Shown: positions 1 to 10,402, numbered from the stretch's first letter. The stretch is DNA of 64,000 nt from Bacilli bacterium (GCA_017460745.1 JAFUAL010000029.1:3063-67062), one strand, 5' to 3'. The notes: generated from the letters alone by a model not told the origin. A program made the numbers and translations.

Positions 1-1
1 A

Positions 2-2905
2 GCTGCTATTAAGAAAGAAGGACTAAAAGAGCAACTTGAAAAAATAGATTCTAGTTTTATTACTACGTTTGATAGTTTTGCTTTATCAATAGTCAAAAAA
101 TATCATTATTTATTAAATATAGATAGTAATGTTGCAATAGCAGATAGTTTAGTTTTAAAGTTTAAAAAAATAGAAATATTAGATAAAATATTTGATGATT
201 TATATGAAGAGGGAAATATAGAGTTTTTAAACTTAATCAGTAAATTTACAACACGTGATGACTCGAAAATAAAAAATGCTATTTTAGAAATATATGATAA
301 AGTTGATTTAATGTATGAAAGAGATTCTTATTTAGAAAATTATATGAATTACTACTACAATGATAATTATATTACTGAACAAATAGATAGATATATTAAA
401 AACTTAAGAATTAAAATAAATAAAATCAAAGATGAATTAAGTATTCTTGAAATGCAAGTTGATGGAGATTATTATTATGAGTTTGTAAGTGCATTAAATA
501 ATTTATTAAATAGTACTAACTATGATGAAATAAAAAAGAATTTAGAAATCAAACTTCCTCGTTTAAAAAAGGGAATGGGGGATGAAGTAAAAGAAACAAA
601 AGAAAAAATAAGTAAAACACTTGATGAAATAAAAAAAATATGTATATATGAAGATTATACTGAAATAAAAACTGGAATACTTGAAACAGGGGAATATGTA
701 AATATTTTAATTAAAATATTAAAAAGATTAATTCAAGAATTTGAACAGTTTAAAAGCGAAAATAGGTTATATGACTTTTTAGATATAGCTAAACTTTCTA
801 TTAAAATAGTAAGTGAATTTGAAAGTGCAAGAAGCGAACTTAAAAATTCTTTTTCTGAAATAATGGTTGATGAATATCAAGATACATCAGATTTACAAGA
901 ATTATTTATAAGTAAAATTAGTAATAATAATGTTTATATGGTAGGAGATATTAAACAATCAATCTATAGATTTCGAAATGCCAATCCTAATTTATTTAAA
1001 GAAAAATATGTAAATTATGAACAAAACATTGGAGGATTTAAAATAGATTTAGTTAAGAATTTTAGATCACGCTTGGAAGTACTTGATAATATTAATTATG
1101 TATTTGATTATATTATGGATTTAGAGTTAGGTGGAGCAGATTATAAAAAAAGTCATAGGATGGTATTTGGTAATACTATTTATAATGAGTTAAAAGAAAA
1201 TACTCAAGATTATAACTTTGAAATATATAATTATGATAATAAAACTGAAGTCTATTCTAATGATGAAATAGAAGCATTTACTACATTAAAAGATATTAAA
1301 GACAAAGTTAATAGTAAGTATCAAGTATATGATAAAAATAGTAATAAGTTAAGAGATGCAACATATGATGATTTTGTTATTTTGATAGATAAATCTACTA
1401 ATTTTTCTTTATATAAACAAATATTTGAAAACAATGGAGTATCTTTAACAATTATAAAAGATGAAAATATATCAGGTAGCAATGATTTGTTGATAATAAA
1501 AAATATTTTAATTTTAATTAAGAAAATGAAAGAAAAGCATTTTGATACAGAGTTTTGGTATTCATATTTATCAATAGGTAGAAGTTATTTATTTAATTTA
1601 GATGATAATTATTTATATCTAAAAATAAAAAGTGGGAATATTGAAAATGATCCTATAATAGAACTTATTAATGAATTAACAACAAATATAGATATAATTC
1701 CTGTTAATAAATTAATAAGTAGTATATTATCAAATTTTTCTTTTTATGAAAAATTAATAAGTGTCGGTAATATAAATGAATCAATTATTAGACTAGAATA
1801 CTTAGAAGAATTATCTATGAATTTAAGTAATTTAGGATATACATATTTAGATTTAATAGATTATTTTAATAAAATGTTAGAGTATAATGAAAAAATAACT
1901 TACTCTAGGAATTTAGAAACAAAGAATAGTGTTAAAATCATGACTATTCATAAGAGTAAAGGATTAGAATATCCAATTTGTTATTATACAGGACTTACTA
2001 GTAAATTTAATACAATGGATATTAAAAAAAGATTCTTTTATTCCAATAAATTTGGAATAATTGTGCCATTTATTAGAAATGGTATGAAAAATACAATTTA
2101 TCATATGCTATATAAAGAAGATTTTTTAAGAGAAGATATAAGTGAAAGAATAAGACTTTTTTATGTTGCATTAACACGAGCTCGTGAAAAAATGATTATT
2201 ATTACATCACTTAGTGATAATGATAATATAAGTGATGATTTAGTAAGTGTTGATATTCGTTTAAAATATAATTCATTAGCAAGTATTTTGAATTCTATTA
2301 GAAATAACTTAACAAGTTATATCAAAGAAATAGATTTAAATAGTATAAATTTAAATAAAGATTATACTATGATTAAAAACTATGATATTAATAATTTGAT
2401 AGATAAAACAAATGATTTAATAAAAGTAGAAGAATTAAGTATAAAAAATAATTATATAGAAAATATGCATTTTTCTAAAAATAATTTAAATCTAATTGAT
2501 GATGCAACTTTTAACAAAATGGAATTTGGAACTAAATTACATGAGTGTTTAGAATATATTGATTTTTACAATATTGATTTAAATTTAATAGATAGTAAAT
2601 ATCAAGATTATATAAATAATTTATTTAATAATGATTTATTTAAAAATATAAAAAATAGTCTTAATATCTATAAAGAATATGAATTTATTTATTATAAAGA
2701 TAATAATAAATTACATGGTATTATAGATTTAATGATTGAATACTCGGATTATATTGATATCATCGATTATAAATTAAAGAATTTAAGTGATAAGGAATAT
2801 ATTAAACAGTTAAATGGTTATAAAGAATATATTAGTACAATTACAAATAAAAAAATAAATTTGTATTTATATTCTATAATAGATTCAAGATATATTACTC
2901 TTTAA
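2..2905 (+). CDS. addA: ATP-dependent helicase/nuclease subunit A (AddA/RexA type), N-terminus cut by window edge
   Basis: The frame is open from nt 2, upstream of the listed ATG (..TFDSFALSIVKKYHY..). UvrD-type motifs are present: MVDEYQDTS, GDIKQSIYRFRNANP, NFRSR, TIHKSKGLEYP, YVALTRAREKM. The C-terminus has a RecB-type nuclease motif, GIIDLM..IIDYK. Confidence 0.85.
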   Translation, partial: AAIKKEGLKEQLEKIDSSFITTFDSFALSIVKKYHYLLNIDSNVAIADSLVLKFKKIEILDKIFDDLYEEGNIEFLNLISKFTTRDDSKIKNAILEIYDKVDLMYERDSYLENYMNYYYNDNYITEQIDRYIKNLRIKINKIKDELSILEMQVDGDYYYEFVSALNNLLNSTNYDEIKKNLEIKLPRLKKGMGDEVKETKEKISKTLDEIKKICIYEDYTEIKTGILETGEYVNILIKILKRLIQEFEQFKSENRLYDFLDIAKLSIKIVSEFESARSELKNSFSEIMVDEYQDTSDLQELFISKISNNNVYMVGDIKQSIYRFRNANPNLFKEKYVNYEQNIGGFKIDLVKNFRSRLEVLDNINYVFDYIMDLELGGADYKKSHRMVFGNTIYNELKENTQDYNFEIYNYDNKTEVYSNDEIEAFTTLKDIKDKVNSKYQVYDKNSNKLRDATYDDFVILIDKSTNFSLYKQIFENNGVSLTIIKDENISGSNDLLIIKNILILIKKMKEKHFDTEFWYSYLSIGRSYLFNLDDNYLYLKIKSGNIENDPIIELINELTTNIDIIPVNKLISSILSNFSFYEKLISVGNINESIIRLEYLEELSMNLSNLGYTYLDLIDYFNKMLEYNEKITYSRNLETKNSVKIMTIHKSKGLEYPICYYTGLTSKFNTMDIKKRFFYSNKFGIIVPFIRNGMKNTIYHMLYKEDFLREDISERIRLFYVALTRAREKMIIITSLSDNDNISDDLVSVDIRLKYNSLASILNSIRNNLTSYIKEIDLNSINLNKDYTMIKNYDINNLIDKTNDLIKVEELSIKNNYIENMHFSKNNLNLIDDATFNKMEFGTKLHECLEYIDFYNIDLNLIDSKYQDYINNLFNNDLFKNIKNSLNIYKEYEFIYYKDNNKLHGIIDLMIEYSDYIDIIDYKLKNLSDKEYIKQLNGYKEYISTITNKKINLYLYSIIDSRYITL

Positions 2906-3659
2906 TTAATTCATCAAGTGATACTATATGATAGTTTAATGTTTTAATATAAGTTATTATATTAGATAAATCATTTATATTACTTTCATTTATAATATTA
3001 TAAGCTAATATTGAACCATTTTCTATATATTTATAAGTATTATAAAAATAATTATTAGTAATAAAATTTGGTTTTATAGTATACTTATTATAAATTGTAC
3101 AATAAGAGTTAAATGATAAAGAGTAACAGTAATCAATTATATCTAAATTAATTAAATTAGTATTTTCTAGTATAACAATATTATTACTTATATTCTTTAA
3201 ATCATAGTAATTTTCATTTATAAAAGATTCATTTAATATAAAATTAAGAGATTTATTATCTTTTAATTTTTTTAATATTTCTAAATCATTTAATTTAACT
3301 AAGATACTAATATTTTTATTAATAGGATTACCACTTATAATTAATTTATCATAATTGTTTTTAAGTGAAATATCTGGTAATTTATAATCAAATACATATA
3401 AAGATTCAGTATATTTATTAACCCTTTTCATTTTTTTATATGATGCTTCTATATTAACTTTTTTAGCACTTTTTCCAGGTATAATGGTATCATTATCAAT
3501 AATGGCATCTATTGCTTGTATTTCAAATTTATCTTTATTATTAATTATTTTTTGCATTATAAAATCTTGATTTTTAATATAAATAGATATTATATGTGTA
3601 TAATAAAAACTAAATATTAGAATAAAAATAGTAATGATTATATTTAATATTTTTTTCAT
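2895..3659 (-). CDS. membrane-anchored hypothetical protein (possibly a divergent polysaccharide-deacetylase-like fold)
   Basis: 254-aa ORF with an N-terminal TM helix. It is convergent with addA and overlaps it by 11 nt. There is only a weak resemblance to deacetylase termini (..GSILAYNI.., ..YHIVSLDELI) and no catalytic motifs were recognised. Confidence 0.45.
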   Translation of the reverse strand: MKKILNIIITIFILIFSFYYTHIISIYIKNQDFIMQKIINNKDKFEIQAIDAIIDNDTIIPGKSAKKVNIEASYKKMKRVNKYTESLYVFDYKLPDISLKNNYDKLIISGNPINKNISILVKLNDLEILKKLKDNKSLNFILNESFINENYYDLKNISNNIVILENTNLINLDIIDYCYSLSFNSYCTIYNKYTIKPNFITNNYFYNTYKYIENGSILAYNIINESNINDLSNIITYIKTLNYHIVSLDELIKE

Positions 3660-3784
3660 AATTTATTATATGTTTTTAAAATCTAATTTAGAGAAATAAA
3701 TATATATTTTCGTAGTAAAAAACTATCAAATCTATATTATTTTTTATTAATATTTGTTATACTTATAGAGTTGGAGGTAATTAT

Positions 3785-5176
3785 ATGTATGATGTAGTAA
3801 TTGTTGGGGCAGGACCAGCTGGTTTATTTTCTGCTTATGAACTTATAGAACAAAATAAAAATTTAAAGATTTTATTAATTGATCAAGGGAAAAAAGCTGA
3901 TACTAGAGTATGTTCAATGAATAAATATGGAACCAAATGTTTGAATTGTAATCCATGTCAAATTTTATCAGGATATGGTGGAGCAGGAACTTTTTCAGAT
4001 GGAAAGTTAAATTATGTTCCAAAGCTTGGAAAAAGTGATTTATATAAATATATGAGTAGTGATGAAGCAGAGAAACTTTTAGAAGATACAGAGAATATTT
4101 TTAATAAATTTGGAATGGATAGTGATGTTTATCCAACAAATATGGAAGAGGCTCGAAGACTTCAAAAAGAGATTGCTAAACTTGGAGCTAAATTATTAAT
4201 AATTAAACAAAAACATTTAGGAAGTGATAAATTACCTGGCTATATAAATGATTTTACTAATTATTTGAAAGATAAAGGTGTTAAAATACTTGAATCAACG
4301 GAAGTAGTTGATATAGAAGATACAAAAGATAAAATTATAGTTCACGCAAGAAAAAATAAAAGAAATGTTGATTACGAGGGAAAATACGTTATTGTTGCAC
4401 CTGGTAGGACAGGAGCAAAATGGATTCAAGAGCTTGCAGATAAATATAAAATACCATATCTATCTCAAAGTATTGAAATTGGGGTAAGAGTAGAAGTAAG
4501 ACGTGAATTATTAGAAGATTTATGCAGTGTAATCTATGATCCATCAATTTTTATTAAAACTAAAACGTATGGAGATGAAATTAGAACATTCTGTACTAAC
4601 CCAGGTGGATATGTAACTAAAGAAAATTATTACGGATATATTTGTGTAAATGGACATGCCTTAAAAGAGAAAAAATCTAATAATTCAAATTTTGCTTTTA
4701 TTAGTAAAGTTAATTTAACAGAACCTGTAACAAATACGAGAGAATATGGAGAGTCTATTGCAAGAATTGCCAATGTACTAGGGGACTCAAAACCAATTAT
4801 TCAAACCCTTGGAGATTTAAAGAAATTTAGAAGAACGAGAGAATCACGTCTTGAAAAACAATTTATTACACCAACACTTAAAGATTGTGTGCCTGGAGAT
4901 TTAGCACTTGTAATGCCTCATAGAATAATTACTAATATACTAGATGGACTAGAAGCACTTGATAAAATTATACCGGGAGTCAATAATGATGAAACTTTGT
5001 TATATGGACCAGAGATAAAATTCTTTTCTAATGAAATAGAAACGGATAATAATTTTAAAGCTAAAAGTCATAATATATATTTTATTGGAGATGGAGCAGG
5101 GAAAGCTGGTAATATTGTAATAGCAGCTGCAACCGGACTTGTTGCTAGTCGAGATATATTAAAAAAAATAAAATAA
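3785..5176 (+). CDS. FAD-dependent oxidoreductase (COG2509-like NAD(FAD)-utilizing dehydrogenase)
   Basis: N-terminal Rossmann motif YDVVIVGAGPAGLFSA. GGAGG SD upstream. C-terminal FIGDGAG motif. Confidence 0.75.
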   Translation: MYDVVIVGAGPAGLFSAYELIEQNKNLKILLIDQGKKADTRVCSMNKYGTKCLNCNPCQILSGYGGAGTFSDGKLNYVPKLGKSDLYKYMSSDEAEKLLEDTENIFNKFGMDSDVYPTNMEEARRLQKEIAKLGAKLLIIKQKHLGSDKLPGYINDFTNYLKDKGVKILESTEVVDIEDTKDKIIVHARKNKRNVDYEGKYVIVAPGRTGAKWIQELADKYKIPYLSQSIEIGVRVEVRRELLEDLCSVIYDPSIFIKTKTYGDEIRTFCTNPGGYVTKENYYGYICVNGHALKEKKSNNSNFAFISKVNLTEPVTNTREYGESIARIANVLGDSKPIIQTLGDLKKFRRTRESRLEKQFITPTLKDCVPGDLALVMPHRIITNILDGLEALDKIIPGVNNDETLLYGPEIKFFSNEIETDNNFKAKSHNIYFIGDGAGKAGNIVIAAATGLVASRDILKKIK

Positions 5177-5270
5177 ATTTCAAAAGAAAAAAAGTGCATA
5201 ATTTATTATTTTTTAATTTGCTGTATCAAATAATTTGGACAAGTTAATTTTTGTGTGATATTATGTATAT

Positions 5271-5385
5271 GTCGAATGGGTTTGACGTAAAATAAAAAAG
5301 GAACACTTAATTTCGCATGTTGAGTGTTGCCAATAAAAATTGGATAATCACCTAACGAGTTGCATTGTTAGGTGATTTATTTCTT
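5271..5385 (+). ncRNA. candidate antitoxin sRNA, copy 1 (ends predicted)
   Basis: No SD-led ORF. 5' hairpin GGAACACT 5300-5307 / AGTGTTGCC 5323-5331. Intrinsic terminator AATCACCTAAC 5346-5356 / GTTAGGTGATT 5367-5377 followed by a T-rich tail. Confidence 0.55.
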
Positions 5386-5466
5386 ATATCAAAACTTTAT
5401 AAAGTAATAATTTTAAGAGAATGATAATAATTACTTGAGATAAGATTAAAAATCTTTCTTGTTCAT
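5384..5466 (-). pseudogene. small hydrophobic toxin-like peptide gene, frameshifted
   Basis: GGGAGG SD, then ATG at 5466 reads MNKKDF and stops. The conserved hydrophobic part (FLILSQVIIIILLKLLLYKVLI*) continues in another frame. The shift maps to a T5 run that is C+T5 in copy 2. Confidence 0.55.
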
Positions 5467-5600
5467 ATATGTATCGCCTCCCTTCGATTTAAATCTAGGT
5501 TTGGCAAATCACCCAACTGATTAAGTGTTTACACATATGGTATCATAAATGATAAGATTAATCAATGCGTTTTGTAATATATTTGTAATTTTATTTAGTT

Positions 5601-5650
5601 AGAAAATAAAAGAACTATTAATATATTAAAATTTATTAATAGTTTTTTAT
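5601..5650 (-). terminator. intrinsic (bidirectional-looking) terminator downstream of pyrG
   Basis: Stem AACTATTAATA 5613-5623 / TATTAATAGTT 5634-5644. T-runs follow the stem on both strands. Confidence 0.6.
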
Positions 5651-5652
5651 TA

Positions 5653-7254
5653 TTACTTCTTTATTGCTTCATGAACAAAGGAATCAAATAATGGATGAGG
5701 ACGAGTAGGACGAGATTTAAATTCTGGATGAAATTGACATGCAATAAAATGTTTATGTTTTGGTAATTCAATGATTTCAACTAGATTACTTTCTTCATTT
5801 ATTCCAGAGAATACCATTCCTTTTTCCTTTAATAAATCCATGTATTTATTATTAAATTCATATCTATGACGATGACGTTCTTTAATATTGTCCTGTTTAT
5901 AATCTTTATAAGCAAGAGTATTTTTTTCTAGTTTACAATTATAATTTCCTAGTCGAAGCGTTCCACCCATATTAATAACAGATTTTTGATCACTCATTAA
6001 ATCAATTATTGGTTCACTTGTTGTTGGTTCAAATTCAGTTGAGTTGGCATCATCAATTCCACATACATTTCTTGCAAATTCAATAACAGCAAGTTGCATA
6101 CCAAGACAAATTCCAAGAAAAGGAATATTATTTTCTCTTGCATATTTAATGGCTTTGATTTTACCATCAATTCCACGATTACCAAATCCTCCAGGAACTA
6201 GTATTCCACGTGAATTTTTAAATATTTCTTTTAAATTAACATTATCTTTTTCAAGAGATTCTGAATTGATATAATTAATATTAACTTTTGTTTTATATTT
6301 AAAACCAGCATGTCTTAAAGATTCAGCTACTGAAATATACGCATCATGTAATTCAACATATTTTCCTACTAGAGCAATTTCAACTTCATTGTTTAAGTTG
6401 TTCATAGTATGAATTAAGTTTTCCCATTCAGCAAGATTTGCTTTATTTTCTTTTAAATTAAATTGTTTTAATACAAGTTCATCAATTCTTTGTCTATGCA
6501 TATTAAGTGGTATTTCATAAATATTATTGGTATCAACACAGTCAATTATGTTTTCTTTTGGTAAATTACAGAATAAACTCAACTTTTCTTTAATAGAGTC
6601 TCCAGTTGCATAAGGTGTTCTGCATACTAAGAAGTTTGGCCTAATACCCATATTTTGTAAATCTTTAACACTGTTTTGAGTAGGTTTAGTTTTAAGTTCA
6701 TTTGAACCAAAAATATAAGGAATTAAAGTTGTGTGAACAAAACATGTATTTTCACTTCCTTTTTCGTATTGAATTTGTCTAAGAGTTTCAATAAATGCTT
6801 GAGATTCAATGTCACCAACAGTTCCACCAATTTCTGTTATTACAATATCCGCTTTAGATGTAATTCCAGCCTCATATACTTTATTTTTTATTTCATTAGT
6901 AATATGAGGAACTAATTGAACAGTTGCACCTAAATAATCTCCATGTCTTTCTTTTTCAATAACAGATTTATAAATTTTACCACTTGTAATATTTGATGTA
7001 TAGTTTAATTCTTCATCAATAAATCTTTCATAATGTCCGAGGTCAAGATCTGTTTCACATCCGTCGTAGGTTACAAATACTTCACCATGTTGAATCGGAT
7101 TCATAGTTCCAGGATCAACATTAAAATAAGGATCAAATTTTTGCATGAAAACTTTATAACCACGTGCTTTTAAAAGCAAAGCTAAACTTGATGCCGTAAT
7201 ACCTTTACCAAGTCCTGAAACAACTCCTCCTGTTACAAATACATATTTCGTCAT
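5653..7254 (-). CDS. pyrG: CTP synthase
   Basis: MTKYVFVTGGVVSGLGKGI N-terminus preceded by GGAGG (start moved to the internal ATG at 7254). Glutamine amidotransferase motifs GICLGMQ and HRHRYEFN. Confidence 0.95.
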   Translation of the reverse strand: MTKYVFVTGGVVSGLGKGITASSLALLLKARGYKVFMQKFDPYFNVDPGTMNPIQHGEVFVTYDGCETDLDLGHYERFIDEELNYTSNITSGKIYKSVIEKERHGDYLGATVQLVPHITNEIKNKVYEAGITSKADIVITEIGGTVGDIESQAFIETLRQIQYEKGSENTCFVHTTLIPYIFGSNELKTKPTQNSVKDLQNMGIRPNFLVCRTPYATGDSIKEKLSLFCNLPKENIIDCVDTNNIYEIPLNMHRQRIDELVLKQFNLKENKANLAEWENLIHTMNNLNNEVEIALVGKYVELHDAYISVAESLRHAGFKYKTKVNINYINSESLEKDNVNLKEIFKNSRGILVPGGFGNRGIDGKIKAIKYARENNIPFLGICLGMQLAVIEFARNVCGIDDANSTEFEPTTSEPIIDLMSDQKSVINMGGTLRLGNYNCKLEKNTLAYKDYKQDNIKERHRHRYEFNNKYMDLLKEKGMVFSGINEESNLVEIIELPKHKHFIACQFHPEFKSRPTRPHPLFDSFVHEAIKK

Positions 7255-7303
7255 AACTACCTCCATAACTATTAATAATGATATCATATATTATAAAAAA
7301 AAA

Positions 7304-7858
7304 CTAGAAAATATTAAAATGTTCTAGTAAAAATTTTAAACTCATAACAATTAAAATTACTCCTCCAAATACTTCTGCTATTTTTTCATATTTATTTCCA
7401 ATTTTTTTACCAATTAAAACTCCGATAAGTGATAATATGAAAGTAATAATACCAATTAAACTTAAAGCAATAAATAAATTTACTTTAAATAAAGAGAATG
7501 TAAGACCAACAGAAAATGCATCAATATTAGTAGCAAATCCTAAACTAAGTAACTCTATAAAATCTAAATTGGTTTTTAAATTAGAATCCATTAGAGATTC
7601 TTTTATCATATTAAATCCTATTATAAAAAGCAGACCAAAAGCAATTAATTTATTGTATCTAATAAAATATTGATTTAAATTTGTTCCTAAATAGAAACCT
7701 AAAATAGGCATTAATACTTGAAATAAACTAAATGATAAAGAAATGATAATTGCACTTTTTATAATATTATTTTTTATTTTTAATCCTTTGCAAATACTAA
7801 CAGAAAAAGCATCCATTGCTAAACTAAAACTAATTATTATGAGTTCATATATTTTCAT
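7304..7858 (-). CDS. mntP: manganese efflux pump MntP family (DUF204)
   Basis: Six-TM protein with duplicated DAFSV(S/G) motifs (LAMDAFSVSI and NIDAFSVGL). Confidence 0.8.
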   Translation of the reverse strand: MKIYELIIISFSLAMDAFSVSICKGLKIKNNIIKSAIIISLSFSLFQVLMPILGFYLGTNLNQYFIRYNKLIAFGLLFIIGFNMIKESLMDSNLKTNLDFIELLSLGFATNIDAFSVGLTFSLFKVNLFIALSLIGIITFILSLIGVLIGKKIGNKYEKIAEVFGGVILIVMSLKFLLEHFNIF

Positions 7859-7920
7859 ATTAAATTATATAGATAATTTTATTTTTTTATGATAGAATTA
7901 TTAATGTATAAGAGGTGGTT

Positions 7921-9792
7921 ATGAAGACAATTTATAAAATCATTTTATTTTTATTAGTTATTAGTATAGTAATTGTCGGTGGAATAATTGTTTTTAGAAA
8001 TAATGATGATAAAGAGATAGAAAAACAAGATGTTTATAATTTAGTATTATTTGGTAGTAATAATATAACATTGAAACAAGGTCAAGAGTATGATGAACCA
8101 GGTTTTTATGCTATTTTAAATAGTGAAATTGTTACAAATGATGTAACCATTATAAATAATGTAAAAGATGAACCAGGAACTTATACAATTGCTTATATAT
8201 ATAAAGATTTAAAAAAAGAAAGAACTATTACAGTAGAAGAAAATGAAATTGCAAGTGTTGAAAATGCAATAAATTTATCATTAATTGGAGAAAGTACAGT
8301 TACGGTAAAACAGGGTAGTGAATATAAAGAATTAAATGCTAAAGCAACTTATGGTAAAACAGATATTAGTAATTTAATCAGTATTTCAGGTACAGTTGAT
8401 GTAAAAACTCCAGGAAAATACACTTTAACTTATACAGTGGAATATAACGGAGAAAGTAAGAGTATTGAAAGAGTAGTTGAAGTAATTTCAATAGAAACTT
8501 TAACCCTTGATATAACTTATAATAAAAATTTTACTAATCAAAATGTATTGCTTGGATTAACTGCGACGGGAACAGACTTTTTATATATAAAACTTCCTAA
8601 TAATATAGTAACAACTAATAAACAAGAAATATATGAGGTAAAAGAAAATGGTAAATACACCTTTACGGTTTATGATAAAAATAATCAAAGTGTAACTAAG
8701 GAAGTAAATATTACAAATATTGATAAAGCAAAACCAACAGGTAGTTGTAATTTAACTGCTGGAAGTGGTAAAACAACAATTACGGTAAGTGCAAGTGATA
8801 ACCTAGGTATAGATCACTTCGTATATAATTCTAAATATACTAGTACAAGTAAAACATATACAATAAATGAAACATTAACATCAGCAACTGTTGATATATA
8901 TGATAAAGCAGGTAATACAACTAAAATAACTTGTGGTAGTGGAAGTGGTTCTGCACCTGTTAAAAATAGTAATATTGAAATGCATTTTATAGTTTCAACA
9001 AGTGATGATGATGCAATTTTAATAAGAACTGATAGTGCTACTATTATGATAGATGGTGGAAGATATGATAAAAATCATAAAGTAATATCTTATCTTAATA
9101 AAATAGGTGTAAAGAAAATAGATTTATTAATAGGTTCACATATTCAATATAATCACGTTCAAGAACAAGGACCAATAATTGATACATTCTCAGTTTCTAA
9201 AGCTATTTATTCAATAGATATTAAGAATTGTAAAAAGAATAGTCTTTGCGATTCTAATGATATCAAATATGTACTTGATAGTATTAATAAAAAGAATGTA
9301 CCAGTTGAAGTTAAATATCCAGGTGATGTAATGCAAGTTGGAGATATGAAGTTATATTTCCTAGGACCACTTTTACCTAATAAAAAACATAATAAAAATT
9401 CATTTATCTTTATTTTAGAACAAAATGGAAAAAAATATATGTTTACAGGTGATTGGGAAACTGATGATAAAAAATTATCTGATAATAGTAAATTTCAGGA
9501 ATATGCAAATAAAATGGGAATAAGTCTTGATGTTGATTTCTTTAAATGGCCACATCACGGAATAAATAAAGTTACAGATGCATTCTTTAGTTTAACTAAA
9601 CCAGAGTATGCCTTAGTACCAAACTTTCATGGTTGTAGTAATTTGAAAAAGAGAAGTGGTGGAGACTCTCAAATGAAAAAATTAGGAATAACTTATTATG
9701 AATTATGTGATGGAGTAAATGTAGTACTTGAAAGTGATGGTAAAACTATTTCCATGAAAAAAGTAAGTGATCCAAGCAGTTATTATAGATAG
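7921..9792 (+). CDS. secreted/membrane-anchored protein with Ig-like repeats and a C-terminal ComEC-type metallo-beta-lactamase-fold domain
   Basis: N-terminal TM/signal anchor. Repeated ~70-aa modules (..TLKQGQEYDEPG.., ..TVKQGSEYKELNA.., PGKYTLTYTV). The C-terminal part has an MBL-like HxxxxH region (GSHIQYNH) and FKWPHHG. ATG at 7921 follows AGAGGTGG. Confidence 0.6.
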   Translation: MKTIYKIILFLLVISIVIVGGIIVFRNNDDKEIEKQDVYNLVLFGSNNITLKQGQEYDEPGFYAILNSEIVTNDVTIINNVKDEPGTYTIAYIYKDLKKERTITVEENEIASVENAINLSLIGESTVTVKQGSEYKELNAKATYGKTDISNLISISGTVDVKTPGKYTLTYTVEYNGESKSIERVVEVISIETLTLDITYNKNFTNQNVLLGLTATGTDFLYIKLPNNIVTTNKQEIYEVKENGKYTFTVYDKNNQSVTKEVNITNIDKAKPTGSCNLTAGSGKTTITVSASDNLGIDHFVYNSKYTSTSKTYTINETLTSATVDIYDKAGNTTKITCGSGSGSAPVKNSNIEMHFIVSTSDDDAILIRTDSATIMIDGGRYDKNHKVISYLNKIGVKKIDLLIGSHIQYNHVQEQGPIIDTFSVSKAIYSIDIKNCKKNSLCDSNDIKYVLDSINKKNVPVEVKYPGDVMQVGDMKLYFLGPLLPNKKHNKNSFIFILEQNGKKYMFTGDWETDDKKLSDNSKFQEYANKMGISLDVDFFKWPHHGINKVTDAFFSLTKPEYALVPNFHGCSNLKKRSGGDSQMKKLGITYYELCDGVNVVLESDGKTISMKKVSDPSSYYR

Positions 9793-9797
9793 AGGTA

Positions 9798-10379
9798 ATG
9801 ATGAAAATTATTTTAGCTTCAAAAAGTAAGAGAAGAAAAGATTTATTAAATATGATGCACATAAATTATGAAGTGGTTGAAAGCGATAAAGAAGAGTTTT
9901 TAGATATTAATTTATCTCCTTTAGAGAATTGTATCAACATTAGTCTACAAAAGGCTATTGATGTTAAAAATAAAACTACAGGCAATAGAATTATTATTGC
10001 CTGCGATACAATTGTTTGTAAAGATAATAAAATATATGGTAAGCCTAAAGATTATAAAGATGCCTTTGAGATGTTAAAAATATTAAGTAATGGAAGCCAT
10101 GAAGTAATTTCTTGTTTAACAGTAATTAAAGTCATTGATAATAAGGAAGATATTTATCAGGAGAATAGCACTTGTAAAGTTTATATTGACTTGATGACTG
10201 ATAAAGAAATAAATGATTGGATATTAAATTCCAATCCATATGATAAAGCAGGTGCCTATGCAATTCAAGAAGAATTTGGTAAATATATTACAAAAGTTGA
10301 AGGGGATTATTATACAATAGTTGGCCTTCCAATCAATAAATTATATAGAATATTACACACTATAAAAAATGATGAATAA
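9798..10379 (+). CDS. maf: Maf-like nucleoside triphosphate pyrophosphatase / septum formation protein
   Basis: IILASKSKRRKDLL N-terminus, ..ACDTIV.., GAYAIQE and the TIVGLP motif typical of Maf. Confidence 0.85.
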   Translation: MMKIILASKSKRRKDLLNMMHINYEVVESDKEEFLDINLSPLENCINISLQKAIDVKNKTTGNRIIIACDTIVCKDNKIYGKPKDYKDAFEMLKILSNGSHEVISCLTVIKVIDNKEDIYQENSTCKVYIDLMTDKEINDWILNSNPYDKAGAYAIQEEFGKYITKVEGDYYTIVGLPINKLYRILHTIKNDE

Positions 10380-10402
10380 TTAAAGTATTCATCATTTTAA
10401 AT

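Larger units (their letters stand above)
5235..5565. other. type I toxin-antitoxin-like convergent module, copy 1 (toxin frame disrupted)
   Basis: Plus-strand promoter: TTGGAC 5235-5240, 18-nt spacer, TGaTATTAT ending at 5264. Minus-strand promoter: TTGATT 5565-5560, 17-nt spacer, TGaTACCAT (-10 at 5542-5537). The block is collinear with the copies at 43090-43416 and 60865-61194. Confidence 0.7.

Noticed and set aside
5235-5565. Interpretation of the three ~330-bp repeats as MITEs or transposon ends because of their terminal inverted repeats
   Set aside because: The inverted repeats coincide with promoter-proximal RNA segments and terminator hairpins. Each copy keeps two complete promoters, an SD and a small ORF under apparent coding constraint. 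I could see no target-site duplication. A mobile origin cannot be fully excluded without genome-wide comparison.
6044-6915. ORFs 6044-6274 (+) and 6733-6915 (+) from the six-frame track
   Set aside because: They lie entirely antisense within the well-supported pyrG gene. They have no SD and a low-complexity composition, so they are shadow frames.
7437-7673. ORF 7437-7673 (+)
   Set aside because: It is antisense inside mntP, with no SD and no recognisable motif.
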